A stretch of 64,000 nt of DNA from an uncultured Bacteroidales bacterium (GTDB lineage Bacteria > Bacteroidota > Bacteroidia > Bacteroidales > UBA932): contig CAMXAU010000014.1 of the NCBI GenBank assembly GCA_947179325.1, positions 1,532 to 65,531 on the forward strand, given 5' to 3'. Positions 19,731 to 28,808 of this stretch are shown piece after piece. The notes beneath the pieces were generated by a model. It saw nothing but the letters and a program-made list of their open reading frames with translations, was not told the DNA's origin and made no database searches. Positions within the stretch are counted from its first letter, which is position 1. Each line of letters starts with the position of its first letter. The position numbers and the translations under genes are program-made.

Positions 19731-20174
19731 ATGAAAGGCAGTATCACATCAATAGGTGATGCCATACGGTGCAATAGGGCAGATATGGCCGTCTTGTGTC
19801 TCGTCGTACTGTATATCATATCAGCTGATGTGCATGGCAATATTGTATCTTGGGCTGTGCTTTCGGATGCTTTGCCTTATGTTCTGCTGTATGCTGTAGC
19901 CAGACTGTGCTTTTCCTTGTCCTACAGAAAGATGACGCTTTTAGTGTATGCCACTCTCTGTGTATGGACAATCTATGAATCGGTGCTGGGACTGACCCGG
20001 CTTTGGGGGATTACGGCGTCCGGACATGCAGGATTTCCTATGACAGGAACATTCTTTAATCCGGGACCTTTGGGAGGACTTGTCTCAATAGGTCTGGCGG
20101 CATCATTGGCCTATCTTTGCGGCCACAAGAAATTTATATCGGCAAAAATACCTTTTAAATGTCTATGCCGGTAA
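19731..20174 (+). pseudogene. Truncated O-antigen-ligase-like gene (N-terminal TM segment only)
   Basis: CVWTIYESVLGL...SGHAGFPMTGTFFNPGPLGG aligns with CIWGIYESALGL...SGHESFVLTGSFTNPGPYGG of 25369..27282 but stops after ~147 aa. Confidence 0.75.
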
Positions 20175-20249
20175 ATGAAAGGCGTCGCCCTATGTTGAGG
20201 ATGAAGATGGAAACAAAATAAAAACTGTCATATTTAAGAAAGGATAGCA

Positions 20250-21125
20250 ATGAATAATAGAAAGATCTATAGGATACTTGGTACTGTGGTGATGACAGTG
20301 GCAGCAATAGTGGTCCTTGCCGTTACAGTTCCGGTGTTCTTCTTTGACCAGTTCCTGATTGGCGGAAGTTCCATGGAGCCGACCTTGCATACCGGTGACC
20401 ATGTGCTTGTGAACAAACTGCTTCATGGAGCAAGAATCTACAGGACATATGATTTTTCTGTTCCTGAGATGGAATGTTTCCGTATGCCTGGCTTCAGGAA
20501 GGTGAGGCCTGGGGATATTGTCGTTTTTAACAATCCTGACGCCCATAAGGGCAAAGGGCTAAGTTTCAGGATAAATGATGTCTATGCCAAAAGATGCATA
20601 GGAAATCCTGGCGACACGGTGTCTGTGGTCAATGGCTTTTATTCCAATAGCAGCATTAAGGGGCCGATAGGTAACGTCATGAACCAGCAGGAATTGTCAG
20701 AAACGCCGGATTCTGTCTTGAATGGACATGGAGTGGTACTTAAGGCTGCCCAGTTTGCCGGACGTTATGGCAAGTGGACTATAAAGGATTTCGGACCGTT
20801 GAGGGTGCCGGCGAAAGGAGACATCGTAAAGTTGTCTTCCGGAAATGTCAGGCTATATAGTAAGATTATACGTTACGAGACCGGTATGGCTCCATCTGTA
20901 AAGGATGGTAAAGTGCTGTTTGGCGGTATCCCTGTTGATGAATACGAATTTACGCATGACTATTATTTTTTCGGGGGAGACAATGTTCTGGATTCGCGTG
21001 ACAGCCGTTATTTCGGCCTTGTTCCCGATGAATTCATAGTAGGAGTGGCAACCAGAGTGCTGTTTTCCCGTCCGGCAGCTACCGGCAAGACAGATCGGAG
21101 CAGATTCTGGAAAAAACTTCCCTGA
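20250..21125 (+). CDS. lepB: Signal peptidase I (S26), accessory long form
   Basis: N-terminal TM; catalytic Ser box GGSSMEPTL..GD; Lys box YAKRCIGNPGD; GDNVLDSRDSRYFG. Confidence 0.93.
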   Translation: MNNRKIYRILGTVVMTVAAIVVLAVTVPVFFFDQFLIGGSSMEPTLHTGDHVLVNKLLHGARIYRTYDFSVPEMECFRMPGFRKVRPGDIVVFNNPDAHKGKGLSFRINDVYAKRCIGNPGDTVSVVNGFYSNSSIKGPIGNVMNQQELSETPDSVLNGHGVVLKAAQFAGRYGKWTIKDFGPLRVPAKGDIVKLSSGNVRLYSKIIRYETGMAPSVKDGKVLFGGIPVDEYEFTHDYYFFGGDNVLDSRDSRYFGLVPDEFIVGVATRVLFSRPAATGKTDRSRFWKKLP

Positions 21126-21144
21126 CTTCAGTTATAACTGGTTG

Positions 21145-21196
21145 ACTGAGATAATATTACAAGTTTTTGAGACGAAAGTTGCAGTTTTTGTCATAA
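21145..21196 (+). promoter_or_regulatory. Conserved TGAGAY tandem motif, copy 2
   Basis: TGAGAT 21147, TGAGAC 21168, TGTCAT 21189: 21-bp period, upstream of the transglutaminase operon. Confidence 0.6.
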
Positions 21197-21217
21197 AAAC
21201 AATATTTCTTTGCAATA

Positions 21218-23260
21218 TTGATAACCTATACCATTTTGAGACCACATAAATTAATTGCCGTAACTATAACCTTATGTGCGTTATGTTTTTCCATGCTCAG
21301 CTGTTCTGGACCTGATAGCCGTCTTGAACAGGTGCTGGCACTTGCTGGAAGCAACCGTCCGGAACTTGAAAAAGTGCTGAGGAGATATTCATCTCCTGAA
21401 GACAGCCTGAAATACCGTGCCGCAGTTTTTCTTATTGAGAACATGCCGGGATACGGGTATTATGAAGGGACGCCCCTTGACAATTTTCTTGAATATTACC
21501 CTCTGCTGCGGAGTGTCAGACTCAAGAAGCAGTCTCCTGATGTTGCAGTGGATTCCATAAACAGGAAATACGGAAAATTTGACCTCTCCGCTCTGCATTA
21601 TAAAGAGGATATCCGTACAGTCGATTCCGCATATCTCTGCAGGAATATAGAATGGGCTTTCAGGGTGTGGGAGGAACAGCCTTGGGGCAGGAATGTAGGC
21701 TTTAGGGATTTCTGTGAATATATACTTCCTTATCGTGTCGGCAATGAGACTCTTGCAGACTGGAGGGAAATGTACTATGAAAAGTATAACGGCATACTTG
21801 ACGGTCTGCGCAATTCTGGCTGTTCTGACCGTGAGGATCCTGCGGCTGCAGCCCGTATTATAACAGACTCCCTTACCGGGCCTAAGAAGATATTCTTCAC
21901 AAGTGCGGCTCCCGCAGCCCTGCCCCATATAGGGCCTGTGGCAGCCGATTACCGTAGCGGCAGCTGCCGCGATTTGGTGGACTTTGCCCTCTATGTCTGC
22001 CGTGCCTTGGGAATACCGTGTGCATCTGACTACATGCCTTTCAGAGGGGACGGGAATGTTGGGCATGAATGGGCGGCTTTTCTCGGGCGTGACAGCCTCT
22101 ACTGTCAGGATATGGGAAACCCTATGGTCAATTCAAGTAAAATCAGTACTCTCCGTAAGTTGAAAGTGTATCGCCGGACATTCAGTATAAACAACAGGCT
22201 CAATGATGTGGATATACCTGATTCTGACAGGCCTGAATTCCTGAAAAGACCATGTTTCGAAGATGTGACGCCGGCCTATGCCATAGATTTCCTGAAGACG
22301 CTTAAAGTCCCTGTAACTGAACTCTACAGTGGACTCAAGCCGAAGACGGTCTGTCTGTGCATGAGCAGCCGCTTTTCATGGGTTCCGGTAGCTGTCGGAA
22401 AGTTCTGCCGGGGTAATGCGGAGTTTGAGGATATAGACTGCAATACTCAGGTTATGAGGGTGGCTTCTGTCAAGGACGGCAAGGTCATGTTCCTGAGTGA
22501 CCCGTTCTATGTAAAGGAATCCGGCGACCTGCATTTCTACCGTGCCGGCAAAGAACTTCGGGACATTACGGTGTTCCGTAAGTTTCCTGAGCTTCAAGAG
22601 TTGTGGCTTCAGAGGCGTATGCTTGGTGGCGTCTTTGAGGGAAGCAACAGTCCGGATTTCACAATGAAAGATACGCTTCATATTATTACAGAACTTCCTA
22701 AGCGCCTTCTTGTCCCGGCCCGACCCCGGAAATCCGGCCCTTATCGGTATGTGCGGTATTTCGGTCCGAGGAACGGCTTCTGTAACATTGCTGACATGTA
22801 TGTCTACGGAGCAGACGGGGAACTGCTGACCGGAAAGCCTATAGGTGTTCCTGGCAGCTATAGTGGTGACAATAAGTACGACTATTGGAGTGCATTGGAT
22901 GGAAACGGTGAGACTTCATTTGATTCACGCACATCGTATGGGGCATGGGTGGGGCTTGATTTGGGCAAGCCAAAAGAGATTGGCAGGATTGTCTACACAG
23001 CAAGGAATCGGGACAATCATGTGCGCCCTGGAGACGAGTACGAACTGTTCTATTGTGACGGGAACTGGAAGTCTGCCGGAAGGGTAACGGCATCATCTGA
23101 TTCGATTCTTTACAAAGGCATTCCCAAAGGGGCACTCTATATTCTTGATAATCTTACTCGTGGTACTCAGATAAGAGTATTTTCATACGATGAAGGTGTT
23201 CAGGAATGGTTAAGACCACGTCAACAAGAGAATTTAGCCATTCAAAATGGCAATATTTAA
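21218..23260 (+). CDS. Transglutaminase-like domain lipoprotein with C-terminal F5/8 type C (discoidin) domains
   Basis: Lipobox MLSC; FCEYILPYR, GSCRD (Cys), RALGIP, GHEW (His); discoidin-like ALDGN...WVGLDLGKPKEI. Confidence 0.82.
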   Translation: MITYTILRPHKLIAVTITLCALCFSMLSCSGPDSRLEQVLALAGSNRPELEKVLRRYSSPEDSLKYRAAVFLIENMPGYGYYEGTPLDNFLEYYPLLRSVRLKKQSPDVAVDSINRKYGKFDLSALHYKEDIRTVDSAYLCRNIEWAFRVWEEQPWGRNVGFRDFCEYILPYRVGNETLADWREMYYEKYNGILDGLRNSGCSDREDPAAAARIITDSLTGPKKIFFTSAAPAALPHIGPVAADYRSGSCRDLVDFALYVCRALGIPCASDYMPFRGDGNVGHEWAAFLGRDSLYCQDMGNPMVNSSKISTLRKLKVYRRTFSINNRLNDVDIPDSDRPEFLKRPCFEDVTPAYAIDFLKTLKVPVTELYSGLKPKTVCLCMSSRFSWVPVAVGKFCRGNAEFEDIDCNTQVMRVASVKDGKVMFLSDPFYVKESGDLHFYRAGKELRDITVFRKFPELQELWLQRRMLGGVFEGSNSPDFTMKDTLHIITELPKRLLVPARPRKSGPYRYVRYFGPRNGFCNIADMYVYGADGELLTGKPIGVPGSYSGDNKYDYWSALDGNGETSFDSRTSYGAWVGLDLGKPKEIGRIVYTARNRDNHVRPGDEYELFYCDGNWKSAGRVTASSDSILYKGIPKGALYILDNLTRGTQIRVFSYDEGVQEWLRPRQQENLAIQNGNI

Positions 23261-23288
23261 TATTGTTAACTTTAAAATTTATCTTATT

Positions 23289-23657
23289 ATGAGAAAATTT
23301 TTTGTTTTATTGGCAGGAATGGTTCTATTCCTTGCTTCCTCTTTAACTTTCATTTATGTGAAAGGAGAAAATGATTCTGTGAACGATTTACTGTCAGCAA
23401 ATGTAGATGCTTTGGCGGATAATGAATCAAGTGGAGGGCTTGATGCAAATTATCACCGGATTGACTCCAAGTGTGAAGTCTTTGTATCTGCAGGAATGCA
23501 AATCGATATCTTTGGAATAGGAATAATAACTGCCAAAGCTGATGGTAAAATTGCTATTGATGGAAAGGTTGTCTGTCAATCTAAAGGTAATGAGACATGC
23601 CGTCCTGTCGAATGCTCTGATCTGTATAGTGTCATATTGCATGGAGGAGAGCGATGA
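23289..23657 (+). CDS. NVEALA-family secreted Cys-rich peptide (122 aa; NVDALA variant)
   Basis: Basic N-terminus, hydrophobic helix, polar spacer, LLSANVDALA (aa 34-43), then 79 aa with C62, C96, C104, C109. ATG at 23289 within ORF 23247. Confidence 0.8.
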   Translation: MRKFFVLLAGMVLFLASSLTFIYVKGENDSVNDLLSANVDALADNESSGGLDANYHRIDSKCEVFVSAGMQIDIFGIGIITAKADGKIAIDGKVVCQSKGNETCRPVECSDLYSVILHGGER

Positions 23658-24778
23658 GAAAATTTCCATATTTTTCTTTTGTACTTAGTCTGGTTGTCAT
23701 ATCATGTGTCAGCCAGACCAAGAATGAACCTAATGTTCAGGGGATATCTGTTGACATAAACAAACAGGCTGATATCAGCGAGTTCGTATCCTCGTTTGAC
23801 GGTTATGTCTGTCTTGAAACATACGAAGAATGCCTTGTCAATGAAATCCGGAAACTGAAGATGGTTGGTGATACTATTTATGTTGCCGATGATACTAAGA
23901 TTACGATGTTCAGTCGCAGGGATGGTTCTTATCTCGGCAAGATTCATAAGCATGGCCGGGGGCCTGGAGAATACATTACATTAACTGATTTTGATGTATT
24001 TGACTCCAGATTGTATGTGTTGTCGAATGTAGATCGCGAGATTATTATGTACAATGCCTCCGGTGATGTTCTGAGAATTATCAATACCGGTGAAGGATTC
24101 AGCAACTTGTCGGTGATAGACGAAGACAATATCTGGCTTTATTCTTCTGACAGCAATGACAGTATGTACAACTTCATTCTGATTGGTCCGGATGCCGATG
24201 TGAAAGCAAAGTACGACAAATTTTCTAAGAATCAGAGTTATACAATTGAAGACATTACATTCTGCGGTTCTGTTTCGGATACGTTGTATGTCTCCCAATA
24301 TTATGACAACATCGTGTATTCCTTGCATTATGACGGTTATGTTCCGTTATACCGTTTTGATATGAACCTCCGGAACACTGTGTCTCAGGAGGAGCTGTCG
24401 GCAACACCTTTAAGTGAACTGCACAAGACTTATAAATATAAGGAATCATTTCGTAGTATAATGCATATTGACAGAAACAGGCACACGTTATTTGCTGAAA
24501 CATGGTGCTTTCTTGACGGTCTGGCATTGAAGACCTGTTTTGTCAAAGCCGACATGGTGACCGGAAAATCTCATTTTTATATCTGCGGTTACGATGTTGA
24601 TGAGCGATTCCCATTGTTTGATCTATCTGACGTGATAGGGTACGACGGTAAGGTATTGATTTCATATCTTACTGCATTCTCAGCTAAAAAACATGGGAAA
24701 AAATATAAGATAGGCAATCTCGCTGACATATCCGAATACGACAATCCAGTCATCGTCTTTCACACTTTAAATTATTAA
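23654..24778 (+). CDS. 6-bladed beta-propeller lipoprotein, copy 1
   Basis: Lipobox VISC; LET..ECLV..I, GRGPGEY motif, C-terminal DNPVIVF; 4-nt overlap with the peptide gene. Confidence 0.85.
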   Translation: MRKFPYFSFVLSLVVISCVSQTKNEPNVQGISVDINKQADISEFVSSFDGYVCLETYEECLVNEIRKLKMVGDTIYVADDTKITMFSRRDGSYLGKIHKHGRGPGEYITLTDFDVFDSRLYVLSNVDREIIMYNASGDVLRIINTGEGFSNLSVIDEDNIWLYSSDSNDSMYNFILIGPDADVKAKYDKFSKNQSYTIEDITFCGSVSDTLYVSQYYDNIVYSLHYDGYVPLYRFDMNLRNTVSQEELSATPLSELHKTYKYKESFRSIMHIDRNRHTLFAETWCFLDGLALKTCFVKADMVTGKSHFYICGYDVDERFPLFDLSDVIGYDGKVLISYLTAFSAKKHGKKYKIGNLADISEYDNPVIVFHTLNY

Positions 24779-24781
24779 GCG

Positions 24782-25363
24782 GTGAACAGGTATCTATTCG
24801 GAATCCTTATTATGTTATCGTCTTTGTCGGTTTCTTGCTCGAACAGCCAAAATGATATGAAAGATGCTATTGTGGCATTTCGTCAGAAGCAGATAATATT
24901 ACCGGAAGAACTTGTCAAAGTGGAAAACAGGAATATATCGAAGAGTATATTGGAGCAGGCTGAGGTAAAGATGGTCATTTACTATGACTCTTTGGAGTGC
25001 AGCTCCTGTAAAGTCTCCCATCTGAAAGAGATGCAATATCTTTATGAACTTTCTGACAAGTTACCTATGTTAGAGGTTTATACGATTTTTTCTCCCTTGC
25101 AGCAGGAATATGACCAGACTATGGTAGATCTGATGATGTTAAATTTCCCATATCCGATATATGTAGACAATACTTGTTCTTTTGAAAAGAATAATCCTGA
25201 TTTTCCTGAAGACAAACGCTTTCATAGTTTTCTTTTGGATAAAACCGGACATCCGGTTTTTGTCGGTAACCCGACAGCAAGCGATAAGCTTTGGGACCTG
25301 TTCCTGAAAGTTATGGATAACCTTCAGGAAAATGATGGAGTCTATATAGATGTTTTGAAATAA
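24782..25363 (+). CDS. Thioredoxin-like lipoprotein with CxxC
   Basis: Lipobox SVSC; YYDSLECSSC; FLLDK...VFVGNP; GTG start. Confidence 0.7.
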   Translation: MNRYLFGILIMLSSLSVSCSNSQNDMKDAIVAFRQKQIILPEELVKVENRNISKSILEQAEVKMVIYYDSLECSSCKVSHLKEMQYLYELSDKLPMLEVYTIFSPLQQEYDQTMVDLMMLNFPYPIYVDNTCSFEKNNPDFPEDKRFHSFLLDKTGHPVFVGNPTASDKLWDLFLKVMDNLQENDGVYIDVLK

Positions 25364-25368
25364 ACGCT

Positions 25369-27282
25369 TTGAGACAATTTAAAAACATAATTCTATTGAT
25401 TGTATGGACGGTTGCGGCTGTTGCAATTGTCCATACAATTATTCTCGTGTCTAAGCCTGTAGAATTAATGCATTATACTACTGCAGGCCTATTGGTGTGT
25501 GCTACATCTCTGTTTATACCGACTATAATAATATTAGTGGTAGAACAGAAAGTTATACAATGGAACATAGTGGATATAGTTCTCGTCTGTCTGGTGATTC
25601 TTTATTGTATATCAGCATCAGTGAATAATCAACGTATTTCAATCTTTTGGATGCAGGAATTCTTTCCGTATGCTATCATGTATATATCCTTTAAGGTTCT
25701 TTTCGGCATAAAGAAAAGATTGGTAAGCTGGTTTGTATTTATCATATTTTGTATTTGGGGAATTTATGAAAGTGCTTTAGGATTGGGACAGATTTTCGGC
25801 AGTGTACCTTCTGGACATGAATCTTTTGTATTGACAGGCAGTTTTACTAATCCGGGACCATACGGAGGATTTATAGCTTTTCTTATGACTGTTTTGGTCG
25901 GATACTTGATTGAATATGGGAAATGTGTCAATGTTATATGTCGGCCTGTTATTGACGGGATGCGTACTATTGGATTAAAACGATTAACCAGTAGCCGCTA
26001 TGCCGCATGGTGTATATTCAGGTTATTGCCTATAATTTTAGCTGCTATTGCTGTGATTTTATGCATTGTAGTGTTTCCTGCCTCAATGAGCCGTGCTGGT
26101 TGGTTGGCATTTGCTTGTGGCTTAATGCTTTGTCTTATACGTGAAACAGGAATTATCAAGTCTGTATTAAGTCATAAAGCAATATCTGCCATTATGTTGA
26201 TTACCATATTGTCTGCTGTCGCGACGATATTCATGATGAAGAAAGATTCAGCAATCGGAAGATTCCATATCTGGAATATGGAGGCAAAGGCAATAATTGA
26301 AACTCCGTTTATCGGTACTGGACCAGGTGCTGTTCTTGGGCAATACGCAAAGATTCAAGAAAATTATTTTAAGGAAAACGAGTGTTCACAAAAAACTGTA
26401 AATGTTGCAGGTGCACCATCGTATGCATTCAACGAATATCTTAAAATAGGTATGGAGACAGGAATTGCAGGCACATTACTGGCTTTATGTGTCGTTGTTC
26501 TTGCAATTATACAGCTTTTACGCTCGAATGATATATTCGGTTATGGGCTTGTAGCAATAGCGGTTTTTGCATTTTTTTCTTATCCTTTAAGTGTAGCACA
26601 GTTTTCTATATGTATAGTTGCAATGCTTGCATTGTCAAGTTGCCATGATTCTGAAGTGCTTAAGTTACAAAAGAAAAAGAATACATATGTATTGTGCAAT
26701 TCATTGTTGACGATTTTTGTCATTGGTCTTGTGCTATTTGGAATAACTGATTTATATAAAGTTTATAAATCACGGGAAAAGGCATCTGATGATTGGCGGA
26801 TGGCAAGGCAATGGACTCTTATGAAAAAATATGATTGTGCTGCAGAAGAACTTGAGACATTATATCCGTACCTATTCTGGAGTTATCAGTATCTTTACGA
26901 ATATGGATACGCTTTGCATAGGGCTGGTATGTATGAAAAAAGCAATGTAATCTTTACTGAAGGCACTTTGATATCCGCAGATCCAATGTTTCATAACATG
27001 ATAGGGAAAAATTATATGGAAATGGGTTCTTATGATTATGCGGAAAAGGAGTTAATTAAGTCGCATTATACTGTTCCATGTCGTCTATATCCATTGGTCT
27101 TGCTTATGGAAATGTATATGGACATCAATTTGACAGAAAAGGCTAAAGAAGTAGGTGATAAAGTCTTGAATATGAAGATAAATAAAAAGAATGGAACTAT
27201 GATAGAACTTAGAAGGCGTGCAGAAGAATGTTTAAAGATTTTGAAACATGATGTTAATGAAATTAATGGCATTTCCAATTGA
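25369..27282 (+). CDS. O-antigen-ligase-like (Wzy_C) polytopic membrane protein with C-terminal TPR
   Basis: Many TM helices; SRAGWLA, DSAIGRFHIW, PFIGTGPG, AFNEYL; TPR-like YEYGYAL...NMIGKNY...AEKEL. Confidence 0.85.
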   Translation: MRQFKNIILLIVWTVAAVAIVHTIILVSKPVELMHYTTAGLLVCATSLFIPTIIILVVEQKVIQWNIVDIVLVCLVILYCISASVNNQRISIFWMQEFFPYAIMYISFKVLFGIKKRLVSWFVFIIFCIWGIYESALGLGQIFGSVPSGHESFVLTGSFTNPGPYGGFIAFLMTVLVGYLIEYGKCVNVICRPVIDGMRTIGLKRLTSSRYAAWCIFRLLPIILAAIAVILCIVVFPASMSRAGWLAFACGLMLCLIRETGIIKSVLSHKAISAIMLITILSAVATIFMMKKDSAIGRFHIWNMEAKAIIETPFIGTGPGAVLGQYAKIQENYFKENECSQKTVNVAGAPSYAFNEYLKIGMETGIAGTLLALCVVVLAIIQLLRSNDIFGYGLVAIAVFAFFSYPLSVAQFSICIVAMLALSSCHDSEVLKLQKKKNTYVLCNSLLTIFVIGLVLFGITDLYKVYKSREKASDDWRMARQWTLMKKYDCAAEELETLYPYLFWSYQYLYEYGYALHRAGMYEKSNVIFTEGTLISADPMFHNMIGKNYMEMGSYDYAEKELIKSHYTVPCRLYPLVLLMEMYMDINLTEKAKEVGDKVLNMKINKKNGTMIELRRRAEECLKILKHDVNEINGISN

Positions 27283-27465
27283 GACGAATACGAACTGTTC
27301 TATTGCGATGGTAACTGGAAATCGGCCGGCACTCTCTATATCCTGAACAATCTTACGCGCGGTAAAGACATAAGAGTGTTTTCCTGCGATGAAGGTGTGC
27401 AGGAATGGGACCGTCCGAAACGTAAAGAAAATCTACCATTGTATTATGATATTATTCATATTTAA
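27283..27465 (+). pseudogene. 3' remnant of a second transglutaminase-discoidin gene
   Basis: DEYELFYCDGNWKSAG-TLYILNNLTRGKDIRVFSCDEGVQEW versus DEYELFYCDGNWKSAG[17 aa]ALYILDNLTRGTQIRVFSYDEGVQEW at the end of 21218..23260. Confidence 0.9.
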
Positions 27466-27477
27466 ACTAAGTGAACA

Positions 27478-28605
27478 ATGAAAAGGGTATTCAACATTTC
27501 AGTATTATTGCTTGGGTTCATTGTGACAGCTTGTGTCAATGAGCCCAAGCGTCAGGACGATGTCCGGGTGATAACAGTGGATGTCACCAGGCAGGCTGAC
27601 ATCAGCAAGTTCGTGTCGTCCTTTGACGGATGTGTGCCTCTTGAGACGAATGAAGACTGTTTGGTTGATGAAATCCGGAAACTGAAGATGGTTGGTGATA
27701 CTATTTACATTGCCGATGATACTAAGATTATAATGTTCAGCCGCAGGGATGGTTCTTATCTCGGCAAGATTCATAAGCAGGGTCGGGGGCCGGGGGAATA
27801 CATTACATTAACCAATTTTGATGTATTTGATTCCAAATTGTATGTACTATCAAGTATTGATGAAGAAATTATAGAATATAGTTCTTGCGGTGATGTATTG
27901 AGAACAATTGATACAAAAGAAGGATTTAGAGATTTGTTGGTAATGAACAAGAACAATATTTGGCTATATTCTTCTGATAGTAATGATTTAATGTATAATT
28001 TCATATTGATTAACTCGGATTCAAACGTAAAGGCTAAATATGATTCATTTTCAGAAAATCAAAGTTTTATATTGTCAGATGATGTCTTTGTGAATCAGAG
28101 TCCGGATACATTATATACTGCTAAATATTTTGATAATACAGTCTATGTTTTACATAGTGATGGCTATTACCCGAAATACAGATTTAATATGAATCTTAAA
28201 CATCTAATATCTCAAGAAGAATTGTCATCAACACGCATAAAAGTTCTATATGATACATATAAATACAAAGAAACTTTGTGTCAGGTAATGCATATTGACA
28301 GAAATGAGAATACGCTGTTTGCGGAAATTTTATGTTTTCTTGACGGTCTGGCATTGAAGACCTGTTTTGTCAAAACCGACATGGTAACCGGGAAATCCCA
28401 TTTTTATATCCGTGGTAATGAAGTTGACGAACGATTTCCATTGTTTGATTTGTCAAGAGCTATAGGCTATGATGGCAAGACTCTGATTTCATATCTTCCG
28501 GCATCTTCGGCAAAAAGATTCCAACGGGAATATAAACTGGATTATTTTTCCGACATATCCGAATACGACAATCCAGTCATTGTCTTTCATACTTTAAATT
28601 ATTAA
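27478..28605 (+). CDS. 6-bladed beta-propeller lipoprotein, copy 2 (no adjacent peptide gene)
   Basis: Lipobox VTAC; colinear paralog of 23654..24778 with the same C-terminus DISEYDNPVIVFHTLNY. Confidence 0.87.
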   Translation: MKRVFNISVLLLGFIVTACVNEPKRQDDVRVITVDVTRQADISKFVSSFDGCVPLETNEDCLVDEIRKLKMVGDTIYIADDTKIIMFSRRDGSYLGKIHKQGRGPGEYITLTNFDVFDSKLYVLSSIDEEIIEYSSCGDVLRTIDTKEGFRDLLVMNKNNIWLYSSDSNDLMYNFILINSDSNVKAKYDSFSENQSFILSDDVFVNQSPDTLYTAKYFDNTVYVLHSDGYYPKYRFNMNLKHLISQEELSSTRIKVLYDTYKYKETLCQVMHIDRNENTLFAEILCFLDGLALKTCFVKTDMVTGKSHFYIRGNEVDERFPLFDLSRAIGYDGKTLISYLPASSAKRFQREYKLDYFSDISEYDNPVIVFHTLNY

Positions 28606-28608
28606 GCG

Positions 28609-28671
28609 ATGAACAAGTATATATTTGGAATACTTATTCTGTTTTACTGTGGGGTGTTGTGCACATGGTAG
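28609..28671 (+). pseudogene. 5' stub of a second thioredoxin-like gene
   Basis: MNKYIFGILILF versus MNRYLFGILIML, at the same 3-nt spacing after the propeller stop; homology ends after ~11 codons. Confidence 0.7.
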
Positions 28672-28808
28672 TTTGCGAACAGAAAAGACTCAATCATCAC
28701 TGGTTAGTGCATATGACTGTCCTTACTTTGGCCGTGGGCGATTGTGATAAGATTGCATACGGTGCCAATTCAAACTGATTTAAGGGTAATGCGTTGATAT
28801 ATAATATT

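Noticed and set aside
19218-20174. 318-aa ORF as an intact gene
   Set aside because: It runs through the repeat remnant and a promoter-like element at 19629-19695; only 19731 onward shows homology, and that part is truncated.
20179-20247. KASPYVEDEDGNKIKTVIFKKG* ending 2 bp before lepB, perhaps a deleted gene's C-terminus
   Set aside because: No recognisable homology in the window; cannot be supported.
27280-27465. TGA read-through fusing the ligase to the in-frame remnant
   Set aside because: The frame match is explained by the breakpoint at GGA/TGA-GAC; the remnant has an internal deletion and no recoding signal is visible.
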